A program made the translations under genes and the position numbers. The notes under the pieces are model-generated. The model was not told the origin of the DNA and did not search any database. It worked only from the letters and a program-made list of their open reading frames with translations. A stretch of 64,000 nucleotides of DNA from Bacteroidia bacterium. Its GTDB lineage: Bacteria; Bacteroidota; Bacteroidia; Chitinophagales; Saprospiraceae. Shown in pieces: positions 30,334 through 40,431 of this stretch. The DNA is taken from the NCBI GenBank assembly GCA_018680005.1, contig JAHHJQ010000378.1, positions 63 to 64,062 of the forward strand, written 5' to 3'. Positions within the stretch are counted from its first letter, which is position 1, and each line of letters starts with the position of its first letter.

Positions 30334-31563
30334 TCAAGCTGCTTGTAATTTCTGAAGCTTGGATTTGGATAGCTTTTGCTCAATATATTCTCGATCGATA
30401 ACCAGAGATTCCACATCATTTCTAGATGGGACTTCATACATGGCATCGTTCATTACCAACTCACAAATAGATCGCAATCCCCTAGCTCCTAATTCATATT
30501 GGATTGCTTTTTCAGCTACATATTGAATGGCATCTTCTGTAAATTCCAAATTGACATTTTCGAATTTGAAAAGTTTCGCGTATTGCTTGATTAGAGCATT
30601 TTTAGGTTCGCTCAAGATACGTCTAAGGGTATCTATATCCAATGGGTTGAGATATGTCAAAACCGGAACTCTGCCGATTAACTCTGGAATAAGTCCAAAC
30701 GTTCGAATATCTTTTTGGGTGACGTATTGCAATAAATTCTCTTTGTCAATTTGTTGTTTAGAGGCATTGTTGTATCCGATGATCTGAGTATTCAGCCGTC
30801 GTGCAATTACTTTGTCAATGCCATCAAAAGCTCCACCACAAATGAATAGAATATTATCCGTATTCATTTTGATCATTTTCTGATCCGGATGTTTTCTTCC
30901 GCCTTGTGGCGGTACATTAACTTCTGTCCCTTCCAATATCTTCAACAATGCCTGTTGAACCCCTTCTCCCGATACATCCCTTGTAATACTTGGATTATCA
31001 CTTTTCCGGGCTATTTTGTCAATCTCATCAATGTAGACAATCCCTTTCTCGGCCATGCTGACATTATAATCACACACTTGCAATAACCTACTTAAAATAC
31101 TTTCTACGTCTTCTCCTACATAACCAGCTTCAGTAAGGACAGTAGCATCAACGATGGTAAACGGAACTTCCAGTAATCGCGCAATTGTCTTTGCCAGCAA
31201 TGTTTTTCCTGTTCCTGTTTCTCCAACAAATAGAATGTTAGATTTCTCTATTTCGATTCCATCTTCTTCTCTCTGCTGATTGAGTCGCTTGAAATGATTA
31301 TAAACAGCAACCGCCAATACTTTTTTAGCTTCATTCTGACCAATCACATATTGATCAAGATATTCTTTAATTTCCTTAGGAATTTTGATTTTGACACCAG
31401 ATGCATCGAATTCCTTAAGTGCGGGTTTTGAATTTAACTCAGCATCTATAATATCACTGGCCTGTTCAACACACATATCACAGATATGGCCATCGATCCC
31501 AGCGATCAACATCTCCACCTCCACTTTTTCCCTACCACAAAATGAACATCTAGCGTTTTTCAT
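30334..31563 (-). CDS. clpX: Clp protease ATP-binding subunit ClpX
   Basis: CSFC...ICDMC zinc finger; [33 protein letters not shown]. Confidence 0.98.
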   Translation of the reverse strand: MKNARCSFCGREKVEVEMLIAGIDGHICDMCVEQASDIIDAELNSKPALKEFDASGVKIKIPKEIKEYLDQYVIGQNEAKKVLAVAVYNHFKRLNQQREEDGIEIEKSNILFVGETGTGKTLLAKTIARLLEVPFTIVDATVLTEAGYVGEDVESILSRLLQVCDYNVSMAEKGIVYIDEIDKIARKSDNPSITRDVSGEGVQQALLKILEGTEVNVPPQGGRKHPDQKMIKMNTDNILFICGGAFDGIDKVIARRLNTQIIGYNNASKQQIDKENLLQYVTQKDIRTFGLIPELIGRVPVLTYLNPLDIDTLRRILSEPKNALIKQYAKLFKFENVNLEFTEDAIQYVAEKAIQYELGARGLRSICELVMNDAMYEVPSRNDVESLVIDREYIEQKLSKSKLQKLQAA

Positions 31564-31583
31564 CTTTCAAAGATTTGTGCAAT

Positions 31584-31591
31584 CAAAGGTA
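31584..31591 (-). promoter_or_regulatory. -7 element TACCTTTG upstream of clpX
   Basis: TAnnTTTG match 20 bp upstream of the start. Confidence 0.5.
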
Positions 31592-31662
31592 CAACTTAAA
31601 ACAATTGAGCTTTGATAACTATTTGTCACCAAAGCTCGAAAATATGTCATTAAGGAACAATC

Positions 31663-32364
31663 CTACTTCTTTTCGGATTTTCCAACAGCTCTTTCCAAGA
31701 CTTCATCAATCAAACCGTACTCCTTTGCCTCTTCAGCAGTCAACCAATTATCTCTATCACAATCTTCTTGAATTTTGTCATATTCTTGCCCGGTATGATC
31801 AGCAAGGATGTTGTACAACTCGGTCTGCATCTTCTTGATCAGTTTATATGAAATTTCCATATCTGATACCTGTCCCTGCATGCCGCCTAAAGGCTGATGG
31901 ATCATAACTCTACTATGCGGAAGACAAGTTCTTTTTCCTTTCATTCCAGCTGTCAATAATACTGCCCCCATCGATGCGGCTAATCCTGTACAAATGGTAG
32001 AAACATCAGGTGAAATGTATTGCATGGTATCATAGATTCCCAAACCAGCCATGACACTTCCGCCAGGGCTATTAATGAACATCTGAACATCTCGTTTTGG
32101 GTCCGTTGATTCCAGAAAAAGCAATTGTGCCTGAATTACGTTGGCTACATAATCATTAACCGGAACTCCCATGAAAATGATTCTGTCCATCATCAAACGC
32201 GAAAAGACATCCATTCCAACAATGTTGAGTTGTCTTTCTTCGATGACCTGAGGTGTAAAACCATGGATATTGGGAACAGTGGTCTGCATGTACTTTTCAA
32301 GGTGCATGCTATTCATTCCATGATGCTTAGTTGCGTATTTAAAGAACTCTTTTTGATCTATCAT
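31663..32364 (-). CDS. clpP: Clp protease proteolytic subunit
   Basis: INSPGG, AASMG (Ser), MIHQP (His), DRDNW (Asp). Confidence 0.98.
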   Translation of the reverse strand: MIDQKEFFKYATKHHGMNSMHLEKYMQTTVPNIHGFTPQVIEERQLNIVGMDVFSRLMMDRIIFMGVPVNDYVANVIQAQLLFLESTDPKRDVQMFINSPGGSVMAGLGIYDTMQYISPDVSTICTGLAASMGAVLLTAGMKGKRTCLPHSRVMIHQPLGGMQGQVSDMEISYKLIKKMQTELYNILADHTGQEYDKIQEDCDRDNWLTAEEAKEYGLIDEVLERAVGKSEKK

Positions 32365-32452
32365 TTATAATCGGATTTGTATTCTAGTTATTAATACGAT
32401 GATATTAATGTACAGTTATATAATTACATCTGTACTGAAAAAAAGTTGACCA

Positions 32453-33820
32453 TTAGTTTGGTGCATATTCTTTCTCGGCAATACTTCTAAATTCGTCCAT
32501 ATCAACTTTCTTCTCCTCAAGCTTTATAAGATCCTTTAGTTTTTCGAATATCTTTTGACCGACAATGGCTTCAGCAGCCTTATTGACTTGTTCCCGATCT
32601 TGTTTGAGCCTTGCCACGGTGGAGGAGATGTATTCTTCATTTGCATACATTCCTAAGTATTGTGCTACCTGTGCACCAAAATATTTATCCAGATCTTCCT
32701 CTTTTACTTCAATGTCATATTCATTGGCTAACTCACCTTGAATCATAGTCCATTTTAACCCTTGTGCAAATTGATTATATCCTTCTTCTACTTTGTCAAC
32801 AGTATTTTCTTCACTTGACGTTACCAGCCATCTTTTCAAGAATTCGTTTGGTAATTCGATTTGATTGAGTTCTGTCAGCTTCTTCCGCAATTGCATAAAA
32901 AGAAGTGTATCACTTTCTTTCTCATAAAATTTTCCAATATCAGATTTCAGCTGCTCCAGGGCTTCCACTTCAGTTTTGATTTCATCATTTCCAAAATAGC
33001 TCTTAAAGAATTCTTCATTCATTTCAGCAAGACCAATTCTGTTGATCTCTGTGATTGTGCCGATGAAGGTATGATTCATACTTTCAGGGGCTTCGCCATC
33101 GAGACCCAAGAGATATTTTTCAACGTGTTTCTTGTCGCGATCTTTTTCAAAAGCATAAATATCAATATCCAACCTTAGGCCTTTACCTTTACCAAGAATT
33201 TGATCTATATATTGCTCATCCAAATCTTTGACAACAACAGAGAATTCATTTTCCAATCCTCCTGCTTTAATCACTCCATCTTCAGTTTCCTTGATCATCA
33301 TTCGAATGATATCTTCCTTCTCGATGTCTTCTTCTACCATTTCCTGTTTCCCCATCCTTCTGCGAGCTTTGTCCAGGTCTTCCCTTGCCATTTCGTCGGA
33401 CACCTTGATTAGATAGTAAGGTATCTCTTGTTCCTCTTCAAAGTTTTGGAATTCAAATTCCGGTGCAAGTCCAATATCAAATTTGAACTCAAAATCCTCC
33501 AATTGCTTTGTATCAAATGTAAATTGGGTTTGACTTTCTGATGGGATAGGTTGGCCCAGATACTTGATTTTTTCAGTGTCAAGATATTGGGACATCTCAT
33601 CCTGTAATTTCTTGTTGACAATATCAATAAGAATACTTTGTCCATAAGTCCTTCGGATAAAGGACATTGGGGCTTTCCCTTTTCGAAATCCTTTGATTTG
33701 AGACTTTTTCCGATAGTTTTTCAGTTCTTCGGTAAACTTAGACTCATAATCAGACTTGTTGATCTTGATGGTTAATTCTGCATTGAGGTTATCTACATCA
33801 TTCCTAATGATATCAGGCAT
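32453..33820 (-). CDS. tig: Trigger factor
   Basis: GFRKGKAP ribosome-binding motif; upstream of clpP-clpX. Confidence 0.93.
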   Translation of the reverse strand: MPDIIRNDVDNLNAELTIKINKSDYESKFTEELKNYRKKSQIKGFRKGKAPMSFIRRTYGQSILIDIVNKKLQDEMSQYLDTEKIKYLGQPIPSESQTQFTFDTKQLEDFEFKFDIGLAPEFEFQNFEEEQEIPYYLIKVSDEMAREDLDKARRRMGKQEMVEEDIEKEDIIRMMIKETEDGVIKAGGLENEFSVVVKDLDEQYIDQILGKGKGLRLDIDIYAFEKDRDKKHVEKYLLGLDGEAPESMNHTFIGTITEINRIGLAEMNEEFFKSYFGNDEIKTEVEALEQLKSDIGKFYEKESDTLLFMQLRKKLTELNQIELPNEFLKRWLVTSSEENTVDKVEEGYNQFAQGLKWTMIQGELANEYDIEVKEEDLDKYFGAQVAQYLGMYANEEYISSTVARLKQDREQVNKAAEAIVGQKIFEKLKDLIKLEEKKVDMDEFRSIAEKEYAPN

Positions 33821-33868
33821 ATTGAATCTTAATTGTTAGCTGAAATTGGCAATTAATTTGAATACATG

Positions 33869-33911
33869 AAAAGAAAAAGGGCAAGCGAAAAGTGATTCAC
33901 CTACCCCTTTT
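33869..33911 (-). terminator. Terminator-like hairpin after tRNA-Leu
   Basis: Minus strand GGGGTAGGTGAA...TTCGCTTGCCC-TTTTTCTTTT with G-U pairs. Confidence 0.6.
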
Positions 33912-33915
33912 ACAG

Positions 33916-33997
33916 TGCGGATGGAGGGAATCGAACCCCCACGCCCGAAGGCACTAGATCCTAAATCTAGCGCGTCTACCAGTTCCGCCACACCCGC
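33916..33997 (-). tRNA. tRNA-Leu(TAG)
   Basis: GCGGGTG/CATCCGC acceptor stem; anticodon arm CTAGA-TTTAGGA-TCTAG; long variable arm; GTTCGATT T-loop; CCA not encoded. Confidence 0.97.
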
Positions 33998-34027
33998 AAA
34001 ATTTTTGATATATTTCAAAAACGGATG

Positions 34028-34035
34028 CAAAGTTA
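34028..34035 (-). promoter_or_regulatory. -7 element TAACTTTG for tRNA-Leu
   Basis: TAnnTTTG match 30 bp upstream of the tRNA. Confidence 0.65.
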
Positions 34036-34186
34036 ATTGTTTTAAGGTAAAAATGAATAGTCAATAGAAGTTCAAATCAAAATATTCTCATAAACTGTAT
34101 TTCAATGAAATTTGTAGAGAATCTTGCCACATTCAAGCAGCGTATTTCATTATTTCATAGCTTTATTTGTAGCTACTTTGATTTAA

Positions 34187-36400
34187 ATGAAAGAGACAGC
34201 AACCATAATTCACAGTTCTGAAGAACGAAAGCTCATAAGGAATGCCTATCGCAGGCTGCTCAGGTCTATCAAAGCGCCTTTGAATAAGGAGGATGCTGTC
34301 AATATTCGTAAGGCATATGACCTTGCCGTTGAGGCGCACGCAAAACAAAAACGAAAGTCCGGTGAGCCCTACATTCTTCATCCGATCGAAGTCGCCAGAA
34401 TATGCGTAGCTGAAATTGGTCTTGGACCAACGGCCATTGTATGTGCTTTGCTGCATGATGTGGTTGAAGATACTGAGGTAGGCCTTGAGGAGATCGAAGA
34501 TCAGTTTGGGATCAAAATTGCAAAAATTGTTGATGGTCTGACCAAGTTAGATGGCTCTAATAACGCGGATTCTGCTCAGGCTGAAAATTTCAAGAAGGTA
34601 CTTTCTACATTGGTTGAGGATGTACGCGTTGTACTTATAAAAATGGCCGACCGTCTCCACAACATGAGAACACTTGGCCATGTCCCACCCCATAAGCAAC
34701 TCAAAGTAGCTGCTGAAACCAGCTATATCTATGCCCCTCTGGCACATCGACTGGGTCTCTATCAAATCAAAACAGAATTTGAAGATCTGTGTATGAAAAT
34801 CACAGACAGCGAGACTTATCGTAAAATAGAGAAAAAGCTCAAGTCATCTGAAAAGGCTCGAAAAAGGTATATTAATGAATTCATGGCTCCGATAGTTAAA
34901 GGCCTGGATGACACAGAAATAATTTTCCGATTTACCGGAAGACCGAAGTCCATCTATTCTATTTCCAACAAAATCAAAACAAAGCAGGTCGATTTTGAAG
35001 AGATTTATGATTTGTTTGCGGTACGAATAATCATTGACGTTCCACCTAAAATGGAGAAACCGATTTGCTGGCAGGTCTATAGTATCATTACAGACTATTA
35101 CCAACCCATTCCTGAACGCCTCAAGGATTGGATAACGGTGCCCAAAAGTAATGGGTATGAATCTCTTCACACCACGGTAATCGGACCCAAAGGACGCTAT
35201 GTCGAAGTGCAAATCCGATCTGAACGAATGGATGAAATCGCGGAAAAAGGATTTGCTGCTCACTGGAAATATAAAGGTGTTCAAAGTAGTGATGATGTAT
35301 ATGATGACTGGCTACATGGTATCAGAGAGATTCTTGAAGACCAAGGCGCAGATGCAATAGAATTTATCAATGATTTTAAAACCAATCTTTTCCAGGAAGA
35401 GGTATACGTATATACGCCTAAAGGAGATATGAAAGTAATGCCCAAAGGGGCTACTGCCCTTGACTTTGCATTTAGTATTCACACGGATATTGGTTACCAT
35501 GCAAAGGCAATAAAGGTCAACAATAAATTGGTCCCCATGGGTTACAAGCTGGAAAACGGAGATCAGTTAAGCGTAATCACCAGTAAGAACCAGAAGCCTA
35601 ACGAAGGCTGGATAAAATGGGTCATTACAGGAAAGGCCAAAGGAAAGATCCGGTCTGCAATGAATGAAGAGCGGAAAAAGAAAGGATCATTAGGAAAAGA
35701 AGCACTTGAAAGAAAATTGAGAAATCTTAAGCTCAATTTCGAAGAGAATATAGACGCTTTTATTCGGCACTTTGGATATAAAGTTAGGGTAGATTTATAC
35801 TATGCAATAGCACAGAACGAGATCAACCTGAGTGACCTCAAAAACTTTACCATTGAAAAAGGTAAAATTTCATTCGCTGAGCCTGACATTGAACCAAAAC
35901 CAACACCAAGTGCTCCTAAAAGGATTCGAAAGAAAGCCGTAAATGGTCAATCCTTGCTTTTGATCAATGGGGAGTCTGCCGATCAATATGATTATTCATT
36001 TGCCACATGCTGCAATCCGGTTCAGGGAGATGAAGTTTTTGCCTACTTAACTGCTACTGCTGGATTGAAGATTCACCGTACCATTTGTCCCAATGCAGAG
36101 CACTTAGCTGCCAACTATGGATACAGAATTATGAAAGCGGAATGGGCATCTACTTCCAGCAGAGAGTTCGTTACAGAATTACTGATTTCAGGAATTGATG
36201 ACGGGCCAGGCGTAATTGAAAGGTTGAGTCGTGAGGTTTCTGATCTTGGATTGGATATTCGATCATTTCATATCGATGGTATGCAGGGATATTTTGAGGC
36301 AAAAGTGAGCCTTTTAGTAAATAATAAAAATCAACTCAATATTGCAATTCGAAAGCTAGAGCAACTTAGCAATGTTTCAAGAGTTAAGAGAAATAATTGA
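34187..36400 (+). CDS. Bifunctional (p)ppGpp synthetase/hydrolase (RelA/SpoT family)
   Basis: RKSGEPYILHP, LLHDVVED (intact HD), ADRLHNMRTL, YESLHTT, EVQIR, TGS and ACT regions. Confidence 0.96.
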   Translation: MKETATIIHSSEERKLIRNAYRRLLRSIKAPLNKEDAVNIRKAYDLAVEAHAKQKRKSGEPYILHPIEVARICVAEIGLGPTAIVCALLHDVVEDTEVGLEEIEDQFGIKIAKIVDGLTKLDGSNNADSAQAENFKKVLSTLVEDVRVVLIKMADRLHNMRTLGHVPPHKQLKVAAETSYIYAPLAHRLGLYQIKTEFEDLCMKITDSETYRKIEKKLKSSEKARKRYINEFMAPIVKGLDDTEIIFRFTGRPKSIYSISNKIKTKQVDFEEIYDLFAVRIIIDVPPKMEKPICWQVYSIITDYYQPIPERLKDWITVPKSNGYESLHTTVIGPKGRYVEVQIRSERMDEIAEKGFAAHWKYKGVQSSDDVYDDWLHGIREILEDQGADAIEFINDFKTNLFQEEVYVYTPKGDMKVMPKGATALDFAFSIHTDIGYHAKAIKVNNKLVPMGYKLENGDQLSVITSKNQKPNEGWIKWVITGKAKGKIRSAMNEERKKKGSLGKEALERKLRNLKLNFEENIDAFIRHFGYKVRVDLYYAIAQNEINLSDLKNFTIEKGKISFAEPDIEPKPTPSAPKRIRKKAVNGQSLLLINGESADQYDYSFATCCNPVQGDEVFAYLTATAGLKIHRTICPNAEHLAANYGYRIMKAEWASTSSREFVTELLISGIDDGPGVIERLSREVSDLGLDIRSFHIDGMQGYFEAKVSLLVNNKNQLNIAIRKLEQLSNVSRVKRNN

Positions 36401-36469
36401 TCCGCATTATCTCTAGTTTCATATCTGTACTGATATTGTTATCTCCAACGGACTCTGTATCTTGCCAAC

Positions 36470-36952
36470 ATGCAGAGAACTCAAGACGACATTATAAAAG
36501 AAGTAATTAATATTTTCTCAAATCATCTTGAGAAAAATAGTTTTCGTAAAACTCCTGAACGGTTTGCGATTCTTGAAGAAATCTATAAAAGAACCGATCA
36601 TTTTGATGCTGAGGCCCTTTATATACATATGAAGACCAGAAATTACCGTGTGAGCCGGGCAACAGTTTACAATACCCTGGAATTACTAGTCAATTGCGAT
36701 TTGGTCAAAAAACACCAGTTTGGTAAAAACCTTGCACAGTATGAAAAGTCCTATGGTTACAAACAACATGATCACGTCATTTGTGCGCATTGCGGAAAAG
36801 TGGTTGAATTCTGCGACCCAAGAATTCAGCAAATTAAAAATATGGTTGGGGACCTCCTAAATTTCGAAATAACCCATCATGCACTCAATCTTTATGGTAT
36901 CTGTGGTTCCTGCCAGAAAGAACATGATACAAGATCACCGGACACAACATAA
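36470..36952 (+). CDS. Fur family transcriptional regulator
   Basis: RKTPER, HFDAE, VSRATVYNTL, HDHVICAHC, C-terminal CGSC. Confidence 0.93.
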   Translation: MQRTQDDIIKEVINIFSNHLEKNSFRKTPERFAILEEIYKRTDHFDAEALYIHMKTRNYRVSRATVYNTLELLVNCDLVKKHQFGKNLAQYEKSYGYKQHDHVICAHCGKVVEFCDPRIQQIKNMVGDLLNFEITHHALNLYGICGSCQKEHDTRSPDTT

Positions 36953-37063
36953 ATCTCAATAAATACAGTAGGCATAGATAGGTATTTGGCCAAAAGACCT
37001 CTAAATTCGCATCTTGGTCTAAATATATTTTTATTACTATCCATATATTCAAAATATATCAGA

Positions 37064-38347
37064 ATGGTAGATGTACTTCTAGGATTACAGTGGGGAGATG
37101 AGGGCAAAGGTAAAATCGTTGATTACCTAGCCCCTCAATATGACATTGTAGCACGATTTCAAGGTGGCCCAAATGCCGGACATACTCTGAAATTTGAGGG
37201 CAAAAAGTTTGTCCTTCATACTATTCCTTCTGGCATATTTAGAGAGGGCATTATGAATTTCATTGGAAACGGAGTTGTCGTTGACCCAATTACGATTTCT
37301 GATGAAATAGCCAAGCTTATTTCGTTTGGTGTCGACTATCAGAATCGGCTATTCATTTCCAAAAAAGCACATCTCATTTTACCGACACATCGGTTAATTG
37401 ATGCTACTTCTGAGGCTGCCAAAGGAAAGAAAAAGATTGGTTCCACGCTTAAAGGAATTGGGCCGACTTACATGGATAAGACAGGTAGAAACGGGCTCCG
37501 AGTTGGAGACCTTACCATGCCGAATTTTGAATCCAGATATCAGGCATTACGAGAGAAGCATTTAGATCTCATTAGATTATATCCAGAAATTGAATTTGAT
37601 CTGGCAGGAGAAGAAACTAAGTGGTTTGAGAGCATTGAAGTTCTGAAATCTATTAAACAAGTGGATGGTGTCTACTACATAAACAATGCTATTGCCTCAG
37701 GGAAAAAGATTCTTGCTGAAGGAGCGCAGGGGTCTATGCTGGACATAGACTTTGGTACCTATCCATACGTTACTTCCTCTAATACTATAGCCTCAGGCGT
37801 TTGCAATGGACTTGGCATTGCACCGACCAAAATTGGGGAAATAATCGGCATTGCCAAAGCATATTGTACACGCGTAGGCAGTGGCCCCTTCCCAACTGAA
37901 TTGAATGATGAAGTTGGTGAGAAACTAAGAAAAATTGGTCAGGAATTTGGGGCAACGACAGGACGAGCAAGAAGGTGCGGTTGGTTGGATTTACCCCAAT
38001 TGAAGTATAGCATTCTTATCAATGGTATAACACAACTAGTAATTACAAAAGCTGATGTTCTAAATACTTTTGAAGCAATTAATGTTGCTACTGCATATCG
38101 CTACGATGGAATGGAGCAAGTTCATTTACCATATGATCTGGAAACGATAAAAGTAACACCAAAATATAAATCCATTGAGGGATGGACATCTGATTTGGAG
38201 GGTTTGCTAGGATTTGAAATGTTACCTGACAAACTTTTGAATTATCTCAAGTTCATAGAATCTTTTGTGGATGTTCCAATTACTATGGTCTCAACAGGTC
38301 CAGAAAGGAAAAAACTGATTGTCAAAAAAGAGTATTTGCATGCCTAG
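37064..38347 (+). CDS. purA: Adenylosuccinate synthetase
   Basis: GLQWGDEGKGK, GGPNAGHT, EGAQG, TTGRARRCGW; ATG at 37064 chosen as start. Confidence 0.98.
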   Translation: MVDVLLGLQWGDEGKGKIVDYLAPQYDIVARFQGGPNAGHTLKFEGKKFVLHTIPSGIFREGIMNFIGNGVVVDPITISDEIAKLISFGVDYQNRLFISKKAHLILPTHRLIDATSEAAKGKKKIGSTLKGIGPTYMDKTGRNGLRVGDLTMPNFESRYQALREKHLDLIRLYPEIEFDLAGEETKWFESIEVLKSIKQVDGVYYINNAIASGKKILAEGAQGSMLDIDFGTYPYVTSSNTIASGVCNGLGIAPTKIGEIIGIAKAYCTRVGSGPFPTELNDEVGEKLRKIGQEFGATTGRARRCGWLDLPQLKYSILINGITQLVITKADVLNTFEAINVATAYRYDGMEQVHLPYDLETIKVTPKYKSIEGWTSDLEGLLGFEMLPDKLLNYLKFIESFVDVPITMVSTGPERKKLIVKKEYLHA

Positions 38348-39042
38348 TATTTGGATTGGGCGATAATTATATATTGATACTGAAGTGAAGTTTCATCTAC
38401 ATTCAGAATCTCATATCCACATTCTTCAAGTTCCTGAGTAACCTGATACGCCGACATTTTTATTGAAGCATCTGGCCCAATGGGCAATTCTCCTGGCTTA
38501 TAGTCAACGACAATTACCCTACCTTTAGGTTTGAGATTTTTTTTGAGATTTGAAAAGTAGGCTACTCTTTCCTGAATATATATATAGGTATTTGCTACTA
38601 AAACTTCATCGGCCTCTGCTATTTTGAGCTCAGGATTCGTCGGAGTCCCCAATCTGGTTTCAAATTTACTCAGCTGAGATACAGTAAGTTGGTCATACTT
38701 GACACTGTCCATAAAAGTTACAAACCTTGGATCAATATCCACTGCAATCACTTTACCTGCGCGTCCAACGAGCCTAAAGGCAAAATAACCCGATCCAGCA
38801 CCCAGATCTACGATTGTTTTATTCTCAATATCATCAATGAGTGCTATGATCATTTCCGGTTTTTGCCAAATGACCCGCTCATTACTCTCGTATTGCTCTA
38901 ATAGATTTTCAAACTCGGATGGTTTTTCAGGAACTTCTTCCTGACCCTTATTTACAGAAGAATTTGAATCTGGTGGATTGCTGCAGGCAAGGTTACCGAT
39001 GGTAAGCATCAATGCAAATGCCATAAAATAATTCCATCTCAT
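38344..39042 (-). CDS. Class I SAM-dependent methyltransferase with lipoprotein signal
   Basis: Hydrophobic N-terminus with LAC lipobox; VDLGAGSGYF motif I; AVDID; LKPKGRVIVVD. Start uncertain (39042 or 39072). Confidence 0.85.
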   Translation of the reverse strand: MRWNYFMAFALMLTIGNLACSNPPDSNSSVNKGQEEVPEKPSEFENLLEQYESNERVIWQKPEMIIALIDDIENKTIVDLGAGSGYFAFRLVGRAGKVIAVDIDPRFVTFMDSVKYDQLTVSQLSKFETRLGTPTNPELKIAEADEVLVANTYIYIQERVAYFSNLKKNLKPKGRVIVVDYKPGELPIGPDASIKMSAYQVTQELEECGYEILNVDETSLQYQYIIIAQSKY

Positions 39043-39058
39043 ATAGTAAATATCTTTT

Positions 39059-40423
39059 TCAGCAGCCTTCACCTAACCCTTTTTGCTTGAGGGCCGGTCT
39101 CGTAAAGTTAAATTTTTTGATCTCGAAAATCATTACCCCGAATACTAAAACATATTCTAAAGCAACGATCCATAGATTTTCACTAAAAGGTTCATATGTA
39201 TAGTTGAAATAAGACCCTATGATAACAAAACTCCATAGTATTGGAAATCGATAATCTGAAAATAGACAAAGAGCAATCATCGGCGTAATATACCAGGGAT
39301 GAACCAAGGAAGATAAAGAAAGGTAGATGGTCATCCCCCAAAGACATAGTGTAGGAAAGTTTCTTAAATACCCATTACGATTCCACCATGTTAATATCCA
39401 GATTGACAAAAACACCATAATGCCAAGCATAGGTCCTGCCGATTGGATGATGTTGTACCCTTTATATTGAAATCCAACCCATCTGATCACATAATATACA
39501 CTCGCATTGAATTCAAATCTCTGAAAGTAGAGTGATAAACTATCACCTAAATTTTCGAGCAATGTCAGATCATAGAAAGGTATTGCAAAAAAGACTAACC
39601 CCATTCCCACAAAGAGATAATACCGCATGACTTTTCTCCACGGTAACAGTACCAGCAAGAAAGGTAGAAACATCAAGGGCAACAATTTAGAAGCAATCGC
39701 GGCTGCCATCGCCATCGCCGACCACCATATCCTATTCTTCCACAGCAGTACGATGGAAAGCAACAAGAAGAATATCATTGCCGCTTCTAAATGGCCATTA
39801 CCAGAAAGCTCAATTATAATTAATGGATTGAGCGCATAAAGGAGTACTCTTTTTTTTGAGCCTATAATTTCTTTTAAGAGAAATATCAGAATCAGGATGG
39901 ATCCCATATCCATCAAAGACAAAATGCTTTTCATCACAACGGAAAATCCATAGATACTTTCAGGAAAAATCCAAGCACTAAAAGCAAAGATCCATTGACC
40001 TACTGTTGGGTAAATCGAAAAATATTCCTGTGAATTTAGCTGATCAAATAAAAACTGATCAAGTCCTTTAATTTGATTTCCCTCTAAAAGATAGAATAAC
40101 GGTAGTTGCTCAAAAGCTGAGATTCCCTCAAGATACAATCGTCCATCCCAAACAAATCTATAGATATCATCTGATAATCCAGGAAAAGCTATTCCTGCAG
40201 CAGCTCTCGCTACAAAAGCAGCAATGATCAGTGTCGTAAATGACAATCCTTGATCGGACCTAAAAATGAAATACATATAACCTGCAAAGGCCACGATGTA
40301 AAGAGTGACAATCCAATTGAAATCCTTCTGTCCGACACAAAATGCTAATCCCAGAATAGATGACAACCAGAGGATCAGAATAAAAACAGAAAGAATATCG
40401 TACTTAACCTGAACTTTGGACAT
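39059..40423 (-). CDS. GT-C fold membrane glycosyltransferase (GT87/DUF2029-like)
   Basis: Multi-TM; LSDDIYRFVWDG, YP, YALNPL-x-x-x-E...H-x-E, HPWY. Confidence 0.8.
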   Translation of the reverse strand: MSKVQVKYDILSVFILILWLSSILGLAFCVGQKDFNWIVTLYIVAFAGYMYFIFRSDQGLSFTTLIIAAFVARAAAGIAFPGLSDDIYRFVWDGRLYLEGISAFEQLPLFYLLEGNQIKGLDQFLFDQLNSQEYFSIYPTVGQWIFAFSAWIFPESIYGFSVVMKSILSLMDMGSILILIFLLKEIIGSKKRVLLYALNPLIIIELSGNGHLEAAMIFFLLLSIVLLWKNRIWWSAMAMAAAIASKLLPLMFLPFLLVLLPWRKVMRYYLFVGMGLVFFAIPFYDLTLLENLGDSLSLYFQRFEFNASVYYVIRWVGFQYKGYNIIQSAGPMLGIMVFLSIWILTWWNRNGYLRNFPTLCLWGMTIYLSLSSLVHPWYITPMIALCLFSDYRFPILWSFVIIGSYFNYTYEPFSENLWIVALEYVLVFGVMIFEIKKFNFTRPALKQKGLGEGC

Positions 40424-40431
40424 TGGTTACA

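Noticed and set aside
33836..34030. 64-aa minus-strand ORF
   Set aside because: It is a translation through tRNA-Leu and its hairpin
33821..34186. tRNA-Leu as an integration site
   Set aside because: No integrase or duplicated tRNA 3' end seen; flanks are core genes (tig, rel)
36986..37063. N-terminal extension of PurA from the TTG start
   Set aside because: The PurA fold begins at MVDVLLGLQWGDEGKG (ATG 37064); the extension is AT-rich intergenic sequence
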